A stretch of 62,851 nucleotides of DNA, filler included, from Basidiobolus meristosporus CBS 931.73 (Eukaryota > Fungi > Basidiobolomycota): the NCBI GenBank assembly GCA_002104905.1. It is 4 parts of 4 records of this genome, joined end to end, with 100 filler letters (N's around TTAATTAATTAA, not from the genome) between each part and the next. Parts side by side here need not be neighbours in the genome. Positions count along the whole stretch, not along the records: positions 1 to 29,897 come from MCFE01000859.1; 3 more parts are not named here. One strand, 5' to 3'. Positions 13,001 through 25,589 of the stretch are shown here, piece by piece. Made by a program: the position numbers and the translations under genes. Position 1 is the stretch's first letter. The number at the start of each line of letters is the position of its first letter. The notes beneath the pieces were generated by a model that was given only the letters and a program-made list of their open reading frames with translations, made no database searches and was not told the origin of the DNA.

Positions 13001-13390
13001 ATTGGGAAGGGGTTCCAATTAATCCCAAAACCTTACAATGGTGGTATCCCACAATTTGGTAGAATTTGGAGAGACGATGTACACGGAAATGATGGATTTG
13101 GAGCAATCAACACACTTCAAGCATCTACTCACCACAATCAGTTTAATGACCCAGCTTTATACGCCTTGTAGCTTGGCAGCCTGGCGGGGGCCCAATTATG
13201 GGTAATATTGGGAAGCAACGAAACCTGGTAGGGTGGGAGGGCAAGCCGATCCGAGTAGCCCTTTCCTATAAATAGCCAAGCTGTGGGCACTGAGAGAATA
13301 AAGCCCACCCCACCTCCGTCTACACCATGAGGTAGCAAGATAAAATGATTTCGGAGTCTGTGACCCATATTTACTAACAATTGTATTGCT

Positions 13391-13870
13391 ATGTCTAGTT
13401 CATATCTGCCGCCCACACCAACCATCGAATCAGTCACTACAAGTTACTTCGGAAGTTCCTACGGTGAGGGAGGCCACTATTACCCCACGACGATCTCCGG
13501 AAGCCCGTATAGCATATATACAGTAACACAGCCAACGCCGTTCCAAACCCCCTACTGGAACACATTATATCCACCACCACACGAGAGTACTGGCTACAGA
13601 GATTCATCGTCATTCTGGATCAAAATCACAGTTCCCCTGATCATATTCATCATTCTAGGCGTTTGCCTACTTCAGCTATCCAAACATCTTCGCAATAGGA
13701 GGGCAAACGCCTTGGTAGCTGATGCCATCCCCAACCCAAGGAACAATGGCGATGATTCTGCCAGCATGATCCAGGAGCCACCACCAGCCTACAGCTCTGA
13801 GGTGGGGCCGTTCGAGGTGAAAATCGAACTGCCTCCCCCAATAGGCCAGGCTAGCACTGCTTCTACGTAG
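13391..13870 (+). CDS. 159-aa single-pass membrane protein with S/T/Y-rich N-terminus and cytosolic PPxY motif
   Basis: Intact ATG-TAG ORF; hydrophobic FWIKITVPLIIFIILGVCLL followed by basic KHLRNRR; PPPAYS; TATAAATA near 13266. Confidence 0.75.
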   Translation: MSSSYLPPTPTIESVTTSYFGSSYGEGGHYYPTTISGSPYSIYTVTQPTPFQTPYWNTLYPPPHESTGYRDSSSFWIKITVPLIIFIILGVCLLQLSKHLRNRRANALVADAIPNPRNNGDDSASMIQEPPPAYSSEVGPFEVKIELPPPIGQASTAST

Positions 13871-15236
13871 GCCTCATCTGGTCGCAGCATCTCACAACTA
13901 TGTACATTGAGCATCATACCCATCAACCATTTTGTCTATCTGATCAATCTAATTTATATATAAATACGCTTAGCAAACTCGAATCTCAGCATCACCAGAT
14001 AGAGTGTAGTGGGGCCCCCGAGCCAATAAATCCTCTTGGCCCTTTCTAGCGACGTAGAACCGTTCGGGATTGGTTATGTACTGCGCCCCAAATGAAGGTA
14101 CTGGGAAACCTCTTTCGGCAAACAGTCGCTGCCCTCAGCTCTCACTGGTCTTGTCGCCGGAGGCTGGTTGAAGTGAATGCAGCACCATCGATTTCGGTGA
14201 TGAACGTGAACAGATTTGAATGGATCGGCTGGTCTTTGCACATCTGTGTGGGTCAGCAATTCCTTTGCTCCGTGTGGTATCAACATCAAGGTTGTGCAAG
14301 CACATCGCTGTAATTAAATCCCCATAATAATTAGTATCCATAGTAATCCTCGGTCGCGTTTGCCAAGCGATTCAGGGAGGAAAGCATCTAAGAACATGGT
14401 GGGAATGAGACAGCGATGGATTTGGTTGATGCACATGGAGATGTTACCCTATATGATACTTCTAGTTAAATCCCTACAGCTGATTGTAAACGCTGGGCTG
14501 ATATTTCCCAACCTTTGCTCGGCTTTGTGAATGAGGGTGGAAGAGGTTTTCGGCAACACCGGATTCCATCACTTCTCATGCTGCATCCATCCGGAAGAGG
14601 TAACTCTACTGTTTGCTAATGCATTTTTTCACCAGCTGCGTGATGTACCATGTTTTATAGCTTCTTAGCATGGCTATCATGCGGTTTGGGGAAGGACGTG
14701 ACTCCTTAGGAAGTGAATTCTACCCAAAACAGTGTCTTCAGTGGTTGATATACCCCATTGGGATTTGCTAAAGCTAAGGCTAAAATGAGCACCAGATGCC
14801 CCACTGATGAAGCTTGGCATGTTTGGCCTGCACATACCCACAGATAACCTGGTTTGGCGCTTCATTGTGGCCGCACGTGTGGCTAGATGGATCGACACTA
14901 AATCGACCGCCCATCTCGATATGTAATGACTTTGATTGCAAGTGATCAACGATGTGCCATATTTCCCAAAACCCTTCATTAGCCTGGCATCCAAACATTC
15001 CCCACAACAGTTAGCTTGGTGGATCAGTAGAGCATTGCCCGTGCCCATCCAATCCCATTGCGAATTGCTGATGGCTCAGGAGGCTCGTTCGAGGACTTCA
15101 ACAAAAGTCAGCTGATCGCGGATACAAATAGAAAGCGATGATTATCTATATGTTGACTATGATGCTGCGGTAATACCCACTCTCCGCATATCCAATGCAA
15201 ATGGATCCACTCCTCTCAATCACAACAATCACTTAC

Positions 15237-15287
15237 CAGATGATCATGTTGGTTCCATCTCACCCGTGTTTCAGAGAGTCCCAGACC
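15237..15287 (-). other. Probable internal exon of an unresolved multi-exon gene or pseudogene (about 14100-15420)
   Basis: 51-nt stop-free segment (GLGLSETRVRWNQHDHL) bounded by CTCATAG and GTAAGT. A full gene model could not be assembled. Confidence 0.3.
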
Positions 15288-15545
15288 CTATGAGGTCTCA
15301 TCAGTTACCGCATATAGTCACCCAGCTCATATCAGGGACCATCAACCCACAGATGCTACTTCCCTTCTGGTAATTTGCAAAATCCAATTTCGTAGTTCCA
15401 TAAATATAGTTTACATAGCAGTTTGATGAGGTATGCACGTTATGGATCAGCAATAGCGGATATTCCACCCAACTCCGTGTCAGAGACAAATATGCTATAT
15501 ATATCCATTCCATGACCAAGTTTGCAACCCTGTTATTTCTCAATA

Positions 15546-18500
15546 ATGGAGCCAGATTTACATCGACGAGAAGCGCTATTCTCACGAACACTGAGCGAAT
15601 ACTCCGTGGAAGAGAGTAGACCAGGCTATTTCAATTCCAGCTACATCGATGATATCACCTCCTCTCACAGGGACCTCAACTCCAGTTCCGCTAGAAAAAG
15701 AGGTGCTTCCCCCACTTCGTCTTCCTCTTCCAGGAGCCAGTCCCCCACCACCCCCAACCAGATACCAGTTGCCAACACTTTTCTTCGGCAAGACGGCAGT
15801 CATTCTCCAGGTCCCATCCATTCACCAGCGGTAGTGGCCGGTTGGACAGATCCCTTAGGAGGCTCAGGTAGGGAATGTCTCAAGTAATCGGTTGTTGTAT
15901 CCCATGCACAAGTGATACAGAGCACCTTCTTTTCTATATTCCAGGTGAGACTTCAAAGTCAGGGGAGCCGGTCCCGGATGAAAACAGGGTTGAGGAAAGA
16001 TTGGGAGACTCGGGATCCGCTACAAAGCAGCCGCTCAAAGAGGGTAATAAGCCTCCCGTGTTTCTCAACTCACATTTGGAACCACTACCAGCCGTGAAAT
16101 ATGGCTTGAAACAAAAACTCCTAGCCTTCGTCAGAAAAAACTTTCTAGACCCGCTAACCCCCAAGGCTTTTCACTCATTCACACAGTGTTTATTGGCCTT
16201 TGTAATCGTTAGCCTTTTACTAATTATACCTAGTACCGCCAAATGGTTGGGACCGGTCGGCCTATTGGGTTGTTACGGTTTGATTTTTTTCCCGCCAAAC
16301 AAAACAGTGGGCGCTCAGTTGGAAGCTTCCGTGTTGGGCGTGATATTTGTCATAATCTCTGGGATATATAGTTATGCTGGACTGGCATGTCTAGTGGCAT
16401 ACAATTCCCGGGAAAATCACCAGCCATATGGAGCCTCGCTGATCACCGCTGCGTTTATTATTTTCTCCACTCTCCTTTTGGTGTACCTGAGGACCAGCTA
16501 CACTCGGCTGTACACGCCATGCATGGCGGCTCAAATAACTCTCCTTTTCACGCTATTTCTGAATATGCGAGTAACCGAACTAGACTTGTCTCTTGTATGG
16601 GTTGTAAGCAAACCGCTTCTGCTTTCAATCGCTATATCTTTTACCTGTAGTCTGGTAGTCTTCCCGCAGAGCGCGACAGAGAAGTTGGCGTAAGTTTTCA
16701 GATGTTCCTTCACTTGACGTTTGCTAACCAAAATTCCGTGGTGGTATGTAGCTATGAGACTCAAAATGTACTGAATCTGACCAGTACATTTCTGGAAGTA
16801 GTTGTCAAGACATTTCTGTATACGGAAGACGATGCAGGCTCACTGGAGGTCTTGGAGGCCACTCGCTTGTCTTTGCACAACTCGCTGGGTTTGCTGGATT
16901 CGGTTGGGAAGGAGGCGATGTATGAGTTATCCATTGACCGATTTTCTCCTCGAGACTACAAATGGATCGGGTCGAAGCTGACCACAGTTGGAGAAATCCT
17001 AGGGAGTATGCTACTCTTGGTTCTCAAAGAATACTCGGTGCTTCTACGAGATTCGGACGCACCTCCTTCCTACCCCTTCGACCGAAATGGATCATCCGTC
17101 ATTCAGATAGAACACGACCGAGATCTACGTATATCTGACAAGGCGGTGCACATGGCGCTGCTGAATACCGTGCGAGGCCCGGTTACCTGTATTGCTGAGG
17201 TATGCGGTCGGACCATTCAGCATATACAGACGCAACTTCTCTCGAAGAAGAGTCTTCCCCCAGCACCGAATGGAAATGTACGGGTGAACCGAGCCAACGC
17301 GAGCATTCCCCTCGTCAACAATTTCGACACAAGCAGGATCATCGAAGAGCTCGAAAGCGCCATTACCGACTTTGAGACCACGGAAGTGTTGTGCAGCCAT
17401 GTACTCCGAGAAATGGGTCTAGATACCAAGCCGCGCGATGAACTCTTCATGGTGTTCACCTTTCTATTCTGTACCAGAGAGGTTGCACGCATCTTGCTGA
17501 AGTTGGCGAAATTCCAAGAGAATCTCTGTCGACGCCGGGTCAAAGCGAATCGCATCTGGTGGCCGGCTATGAGTGTGCGCACTTTGCTGGGTGGGTCGAG
17601 ATATGTAGATCTCCCGCAAGTACCGGAAAAAGGTTTGTTGCATGACTGTGATTGCTTGGCCCAGTTGAAGAATAACCTGTATTATTCAGATGCAGATGAG
17701 GATGAGGTTGCCAGCGAACAGAACGATCGCGATCCTTACCACCCCGCGAGGATCCACCGCAACTTCCGCTATCATCTTTGGCAGTTCTTGATGTGGTTTC
17801 GGAAACCTGAGTTCAAGTTCAGCGTCAAATTCACTCTGGCCCTGTGCTTGACCGCAACGCCTGCGTTTGCTTCGAGCACGTATGATTGGTTTTTACAGGT
17901 CCACGGGAACTGGGGCTTGGTTACGGTATACAGATCTTAGTGCTAGACTCCCCCCGGCACCCCAACTAATCCTTTATCGTGAACGCTTCCAGGTTTGCTT
18001 TGTGATGAATCAAACAGTCGGGTCGACATTGAGCATTAGCATATACCGTATTATCGGAACCATTCTAGGTGGCTTCTGGGGATATCTTGGCTGGATAGCT
18101 AGTCGCGGAAATCCTTACATCGTGGCTGTCTTCACCCTCATTATCGGTAGGAAGTGTGATCGGCCAATGCCCCCCACGCATCACCCACTGACATTGTTTA
18201 CACAAAGGCGTTCCATGCTGGTTCTTTTATATCACTAGGCCGCAGACTAAGATCCATTCAGTATCTATCATCACCTATGTGGTCATCATGTTCAGCATAT
18301 ACTACACCGAAGTGATCCAGGGGCAAGAGAGCCCCAACTCCGCCTTCGTTCTGGCAGTACTGAGAACTGCAAACATCATCGCCGCCATCGTGATATCGCT
18401 GCTGGTGGAGACGCTTTTATGGCCCTACATCGCCCGGGTGGAGCTACGCAAGCATCTAAGTGCAACCATATACAATCTTGGGGTTCTTTTCTCCAGAATC

Positions 18501-19238
18501 ATGTCTATCTACATGATAAGCGGCGACATGCCCGCTGCCTTGGAGGCCAAACACGAAGCCAAGCGGCTAACTAACAAACTCCAATCTGCGATGACCAAAG
18601 CCACCGCCTTGCTCGCTCAATCAGCCCAAGAGCCAAGGCTACGGGATAGATTTCAGGAACAGGTTTATGCAGACATCATTATCAAAGCGCAGAATCTACT
18701 AGATTGGTCGTCAACCATGTATACTTCTATCGTCCAAACTGACGATACATTGCGCGTGAGGTTGGCCAAACGATTGGCTAGACGACGGAAGGATGTGGTA
18801 TGTCTTTCCAGAATCTCCCTGAACTGATCACGTCACACTACTAAAACGTTGGTTGCCAAGGTTGCCACTGCTCTCTTGCACTTCTATGTGCTCTCTGGAG
18901 CGCTCAAATCCAAGTCCCCACTACCTCCCTACCTGCCGTCAGCCAGAGTGGCCCGACTACGCCTGCTCAACCAAATCCGGGAAATGGACATTTTCCAAGA
19001 CCTCGGCAGTCGAGCACATGACGCTGCTGCCGATGGGTTCGTTTACACCTTTTGGTACTCGTATACTGGAAGCCTCATCGAAATAGTTGAAGAGCAGGAA
19101 GAGCTGGGCGACCTGATAAAGCAGATAGTAGGCGAAATCGAGTTTGCTGATTGGGATCTACAGCCCAACTCTGACGATGCCCAAGCCACGTCGATCGATA
19201 TTTCAAGAATGGCAGATGCTGATGTCGGATCCGACTAA
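15546..19238 (+). CDS. Multi-exon aromatic-acid-exporter / fusaric-acid-resistance-like (ArAE_2_N-FUSC_2, Bre4-like) membrane transporter
   Basis: N-terminal TM cluster (PPNKTVGAQLEAS), central helical region, C-terminal FUSC_2 block (EFKFSVKF..WGL..TVGSTL..RIIGTILG..PYIARVELRK..PLPPYLPSAR). GT-AG introns join ORFs 15522-15887, 15875-16693, 16702-17940, 17867-18238, 18279-18827, 18849-19238. Confidence 0.88.
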
Positions 19239-20439
19239 GCGGCAATGCTGTGTAGCGTCGGAGATATACTCCAATCAGAGTGGCCACCCACCATGAGCTT
19301 CGGTAGAACTTGTTGAGAGTCCATTACCATATTCACTTCCCAGACCCTTATTCAACCATCGACCATAAAGTAACCTCAATATGTACAGTCCGTGATACGA
19401 TATCCCGAATGATGAATTTTTTTACCTTCTCACCCTCACCCTCACCCCACCCTCAGACGACAGCCACGTTTATTTACAATTGTCCTATTGGATCGTGCTC
19501 GAATCACATAAATTCGCACTGCAACCCCACAAGGTCAATCTTTCGGGAAAGCCATACATTGAAATGGTTTGTGTGACCTCTCCGATCAACGCCAATTCAA
19601 ACTCAACGCTCGGTTACCAAACTCCGTGTTACTCCAGTATTACGGGCCACATTCACCTGGAGTTGGGACCCACTAATACATATATATAAGGTCGGCCGGT
19701 GATAGGTATTGAACACGTAGAAGAAACACGTAGTCTGGTCTTTTCGGTTTTGACCGAAGTTAGTTGGCCCTTTACCGTCACCAAGTCTACCTTACAGGTA
19801 AATGAGGTGTCACATGGATATAATATAGTAATCATCATCATACCTGAGCATATATAGAATAATCGGAGATTTAGTGCTCGGGGCCGAATAAGACCAGATT
19901 TGTGGTCGAGAATTTACTTGCGTTTTGGTGCGCTTGAATCCGATCACAAATTGTCCCTATCACATGGCTCTTCAACCTGTGATCTGGGTACGGATCTATT
20001 TCTATAAAGCCAAGGGCACGGAAGTCGTGTGTTGATGCGCGGCATTCCACATTCGAACTTTATCACTGCTTTGATGATCTGATCGCCTTACAACGAGCGC
20101 CTACAAAGGCGGAATCTAGGCAATGGATTGCTTGGAATGCCTTCACGATCACTCAATAGGCGCAGCTGGAGGGAAAGCGTATCACTGCAAGGTCTTCCGA
20201 ACTATTCGAGGGAATGTTCCCAGATTTCCTTCAACATAAGTGACGTCGGCGTTTGATTCAGTTTGACTCGTGAAAGTTGATGGGTAAAACAAAGTGACGC
20301 TAGCAGCGATAAACTGGCTGGGATCGTTCCGCGCAGCAATCATTGGTCTGTTGCTTCCATATAAGCGTAAGAGAAATCGCCTGATGTCACATCATTCATT
20401 CCAGTATGCCACACAACTTTGGGTTGAGACGACGGCGGA

Positions 20440-21030
20440 CGAGTCTGTTGGTTGTCGCTGGTAGAAGACAGAAGCCATCGAGAAAATCCAATCCAAGTCC
20501 CCGAACGCCAAATCGAGGGCATCGATCTGAGATCTGGCCTCGTTGGAATCTGCGCAACGCAGTCAATGAAGTCAACAGATACAAGAAATAAAATAGCCTC
20601 GGTGAAATTCGATGATCCTTCTTTCAGCAATGGGAAAGCATATGACAAGTACAAAGCCTACAGCCAATCCAAGACCAACAATGCTCTGTTCACTCGTAGC
20701 TTGAACGTGTCGCAGTATTCAGCCTATCGCCAAGGGGGATTCTGAGCAATCTGCAAAAAGGTGGCGCTATCTTTTCGGATAATGGCCATATGTATGACTA
20801 CCGGGGCAATCAGATTTCTGCTGAAGATCACAAGCTGAAGACGATCGGTCAAGGCGCTGCTACGCATGTAGTGACTGCATTCGACTCATCAATCAAATCC
20901 CGGTCTGGTTCCTATTTGCAAGACTGCTGGATTGACAATGATGCTGCGACCCGTATGCCAAGAGCGATGAAGATGCCGAGAGATCGTGAAAAGTTAAGCG
21001 AGAAGCTTGTTGGTGCTACTTTCGATGTGA
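20440..21030 (+). pseudogene. Short-chain dehydrogenase/reductase (retinol-DH-like) pseudogene
   Basis: LLVVAGR; EAIEKI..DLASLES; catalytic AYSQSKTNNALF; KTIGQGAATHV..SGSYLQDC..KLSEKLVG. Frameshifts, and the NNAG region is deleted. Confidence 0.85.
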
Positions 21031-21984
21031 TTAGTGAGATGGGGCAATGGCCGCTTAAGATATGTCAGGAAAATGCTTTGGATAAATCCGACGCGGAGGC
21101 TTTTAGTCTCCTTCTTGACATATTCATCTCGGGCCTTTATCTATTAGTATATTTTCGTACTAGCTTCGTTGTAGTTGCTGTGTCGATGGCCTTCAGCTCA
21201 AGCGGTATTATTGGTTGACCACTAGGATGATATTCCCTCGAGATTATTCATGAATTCATAACCAGCGCAAAGCAATCAACCAGTGACTGATCATTGGGGC
21301 GATTGCGGAGCGGCCACATATCCATTCCCCTGTTGGCCTACTAGACATACAGAAGAACCGTTGATACTTCGGGTAGAGCTACGCCAACATAAAAGTGGAA
21401 ATCCCAAGAAATCACCAGCACTGACCATTAAAGCCACCGCAGTGCATATTGTTTAATGCTGTTTAATCATTTCCAAGGCAGTTCTTTAGCAACCAGGAAG
21501 GTGCAGGTCAACATAAACCACCAGCAATCCTTCCGGCTTCTCAGCATGCACAGTGGTGTTTACTGGTTACCCGGCCTTGTGCAGTTACGGAAAAGCTTAC
21601 CAAATTCGTTCTCATCATCCTTCGATTGGCCAGTAGAACATTGGCGGTTGCTGATTCTACTTTGTTTGAAAGGAATGCGATCAGCCAGAATATTTAGAAA
21701 AGGTGCCACTATTTTGGTTATTGAAGTTTGTTAACCGAATGATAGAACCCTCTGGCGCGGTTCCCGACGTAGTACTTTCGAGGTTGGGAACTTCCGCATA
21801 AGGCTAACGCAAGTTGACACTGGCCAATTTCCCAGGACGCGGTATGATCTAGTTCTGGAAACGGCAAGGACAGGTTTTTAATTATTGAGGCTGATACTGG
21901 AAGCAGCAACACTCCGACTAATCAAGTAACCGAAGCAGCATCAAATGGATGATTTATTTGGGAAAGATTCGAGTTTCCTGGGTG

Positions 21985-23540
21985 ACCTGCGCACTAATAA
22001 ACGAGCACCGAGAACGGTCCAGACATTTTGACTGTTGCTACCAGGGGTATCGTTTTGAGCCCACCGCTTGGCTTGCCAGAGCTAACCCTTACACACTACC
22101 TTTTGTGCTCCATTCTACGCGGTAGCCGCGCTCCAATCAGCAAAACCCCCGCAGTTTTCGCGAACTGAGGTGGGACTGGGTGACCCAGAGGTGTCGGAAA
22201 TACTGTAAGCTACAGGTGGGACGATGGAGGTATTGCTGGTGGCGGTCGAGGTAGGTTATGTTGAGGATGTGGTTACTGATGGAATGCTGGGCGATAGGCA
22301 TCCCGAACCAGTGCATCGGACCCATTGAAGAACGTTGAGGAGCTCGTCATTGGAGTCGTGGCCCAGTATATCACTCCGCGGACACCAGATTGTTTGGTGT
22401 GGTCAAGCTTGATCTTGAGTGATTGAGGATCATCATAGGAGATGAAGCGCTTGTCACTCGCTCTGAACAACCAGGGGGTCTGGGTGGTGTTGTCCCAGCA
22501 ACGACTCCAGCCGCTGGCGGAGGTGGTGGGGCTGAGTTAGAGAATATCACTGCGGATGGACTGCCATTTCCAGATGCCAGAGTAGAATGTTCCTTTATTA
22601 CAGAAGGAATTAAGCTCATTAGTATCGTACAAATCACCCTTTGGAGTCACGCTATCCTTGGCAGCATACATGTTGTCAGGATTGGCGTTCATGTCAACAG
22701 TGGCGGTGAGTAAGCAACCATAGATTGGCATTCCCATGACAAGCTTGTTGGCTGGCCATTTGGCTCAGAGCAAATCATTGGTAGACTGACGGAAAGAGTA
22801 GGCATCGCCGCCCTTCGTGGTATCATAATCGAATGGAGCATTTGGTCTAGTGGTGGCTGACCATGAGCACATGACATTGATGTAGTCAAAGTACGGAGCA
22901 TATGTAGACACATCGGCCATTGGCTTGCCATCCACACCATCGAATGGTTGAACTCTCACAGCTGCGCTCAATAGCGGGTGCTCTTTGGGGAACTCCGCCA
23001 CAAGCGCAGCTCTAAGCTCCTCGAGAAGAATGAGATAGTTGGCGCTGTCGTTCTTGTCAACGTTGTTACAGATGGCTGCACTTCTACCGGGATACTCCCA
23101 ATTGATGCCAATTCCATCTAGATCCCAGCCATCTGGGTTCTCGTTGTAGTCGGGTTTTGTGTTCTTGCGCACGAACACAAGTGCAATGTTGATGAACTTC
23201 TTGGGCAAATCTCATACAAAGGCGGCGATTGTCTGGCTACCGGTCCAGCCACCCAGTGAGAACAGTGTCTTGACACCCTTTGGACTGGCAAGTTGCCTCA
23301 GCTTGCGGATTCTAGCGCCATCGTAGTATTTATCTATGGTGATGGTAGTTGGGTCACTAGTCTTCTTAGTCAGTACACCAAAGTCTTCAACTATACTCGA
23401 CGCAGCATGGCTGAGCTTGTTTAATTGTATAATCGACTTGATCAATCGCTATAATAAATGAACGAAGTGGCTTGTTTTGATTTCGTCATAGCAGAGATTT
23501 CTGTATAGAATTTGCGCTACGTCAATGTTCATACTCGAAT
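21985..23540 (-). pseudogene. GH18 chitinase with P/T linker and C-terminal CBM5/12-type chitin-binding domain, disrupted
   Basis: FSLGGWTGS; DLDGIGINWEYP (DxDxE eroded to GxNxE); FISYDDPQS..GVIYW; C-terminal CGGFADWSAATA*NG..LWQAKRWAQNDTPG..VW. Stops and frameshifts. Confidence 0.9.
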
Positions 23541-24387
23541 ACAATTGAGAATCGCCGATCGCTTCAAGTGGCCGATTAATCCATCATCAAATAACCTGAG
23601 AATAAGCTATGGTTTACTCGCCTATTCACCAACACCTTGCTTTGCCTTCGGATCAGAACTCGCAGTTCACTTGCCGAGTATGTGACCAAAGCCGATGTCT
23701 TTCTAATAATGTAGGAAATACCCAATCCATCACCACAGCCGCAAGTGCTCAAAGTGGCAAACGATTTGCGGACAAATAGAATTCACATACGAAGAACAGG
23801 TTGCTTATCTTGCCTTCATATATACATGTCCCCTTTTATCCATGGACAAGTGTTCAATTTTGAAAGCATCCCGTGAGTTGAACTGATTGTCGCAAGATTC
23901 TTTGCATTCGAATTTATGTTCGCATCAGCCTTCTAGTGGTAAGTTATTTTCACAATAGGGTATTTGCATTCAAGGTATGTACCCGCCTGTACCCGCCCGT
24001 ACCCACCTTACCCAAGCTACTCTGGAGCTGTACCAAAATAGGCAGAGCACCAGAGTGAATAATCGCACCAATGGATTTCATTCGCCTTCACCCTCACTTT
24101 AAAATCCACATTTCTATATCCGCTCATAAAAGTCACTATTATGTTATCCATTTTTGGGCCCGCCCGTTGTTACATTGCTCCACAGCGAGTACAAAGCAAA
24201 GTAAATTCAGTCGGACTTTTGGTTGTCTTTCAATGATTCTTAAATCCCTTCCCATTGCTTCCTCTATCCCACTGGCTGCTTCAGTTCAAGCAAGGGTGCC
24301 CTGTTTTGCTGGAGCATTTATGGCCTCTCAGACAGGAGTTGGTATCTTGTTTCTATTGGCAAGGTGTCCTTATTTGGGATGGGTGCC

Positions 24388-24678
24388 CTATTGACTCAGT
24401 ACCATAATGATAATCAAGAGATTCATGCCGTTTGTTGGGACATCGAGTCCGACACATGTGCCAGCGCTGTAGCTCTGTTGGGTACCGGGTCTTGTGGATC
24501 CAGCGGAGAGAAAACCTATGCGTTGATCTCTACCACTGCCGCTATCTTCAATAAAAATGCCAAAGCTTTGAGTGGTAGTTCTCGTAAATGCACTTCCCAA
24601 CAGCGAGACACATGCTTCACGTGATGGCGCTGTAAAGGTGTTCAACCTGAAAAGGGTCATTGAGAGTGTGATATCCAC
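24388..24678 (-). pseudogene. Possible S1-like serine protease fragment
   Basis: EDSGSG..RIGFLSAGS resembles GDSGS..VG.L.AG; His and Asp catalytic motifs not found. Confidence 0.2.
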
Positions 24679-25589
24679 TTTTCATCCTGAGAATGGGCAT
24701 CCAGTTAGTACTAGTATCACACGCAACGGTATTGCTCCTCTAACCCGTAAGGAGTGTAAAAGACAGATCTGTGGATCTTGCGGCCATTTTTACTGCTGAA
24801 TGCACACGACAGAGTGCCAATGCTGGTGGAAAACACTACGTTTTACGCCTGTAACATCAAGGTGTCAGTCTCATATTGATCCAAATGCTAAATGAAGCAA
24901 CCGCCAATAACAAGCCTCTATTTGGTTAGGTGTGACCAAAATGCCGAGTTTCTAAGCTCAGGATAAATAATCTAAATTCGCAGCCATCATTTCTGAATAT
25001 AAATTGCTGCGACGACTTGTAAGTTAATCACAGTACATAACCGATAGTATCGCCCAGCTCAAGAATCAAAGCATGGAGTAAACAGTGAATAACCTGAATG
25101 GCACCCGAGAACAGATTCCTCTGTGTGCAGTAATAACTCGTAGATTTCTGGCCTCCAAACTATGCTACGCCATTCCCATAGAGGCATACCTTCGACAGAT
25201 GTTATGACAAACGTTGAGCATGTTGACGGACGAGCCAATCTTTCTGGGCATTTATGGGACCTTTGAGAGCTAAAGTTGACATTCCCGTAGGTGCTTGGGT
25301 TAAGTGATGGCCCGCGTTGCAATTATGTGGCCTTGGACTTAGGGTTATTATCTGCCCTCCTCGGCTGCAATATCCAATGCCACTAATCCGACCTTGGTGG
25401 CCAATATCGCGCTCATCGATGGAGGTCAGGCAGGGAGATTCAATGTAAATACCTCGCTGTGCAGCAGTATTTCATTTGTTAACATAGACAAGAGCGTATT
25501 TTAGTGCGACCAGATGGCAGACATCCCGAGGATACTTTTAATCAATGGATCAATGATAATAAATTCTTGTCAGAAGCCATTTTTCGCCG

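Noticed and set aside
19480-19700. Possible tiny gene behind TATATATA near 19680
   Set aside because: Only very short ORFs, with no splice or homology support.
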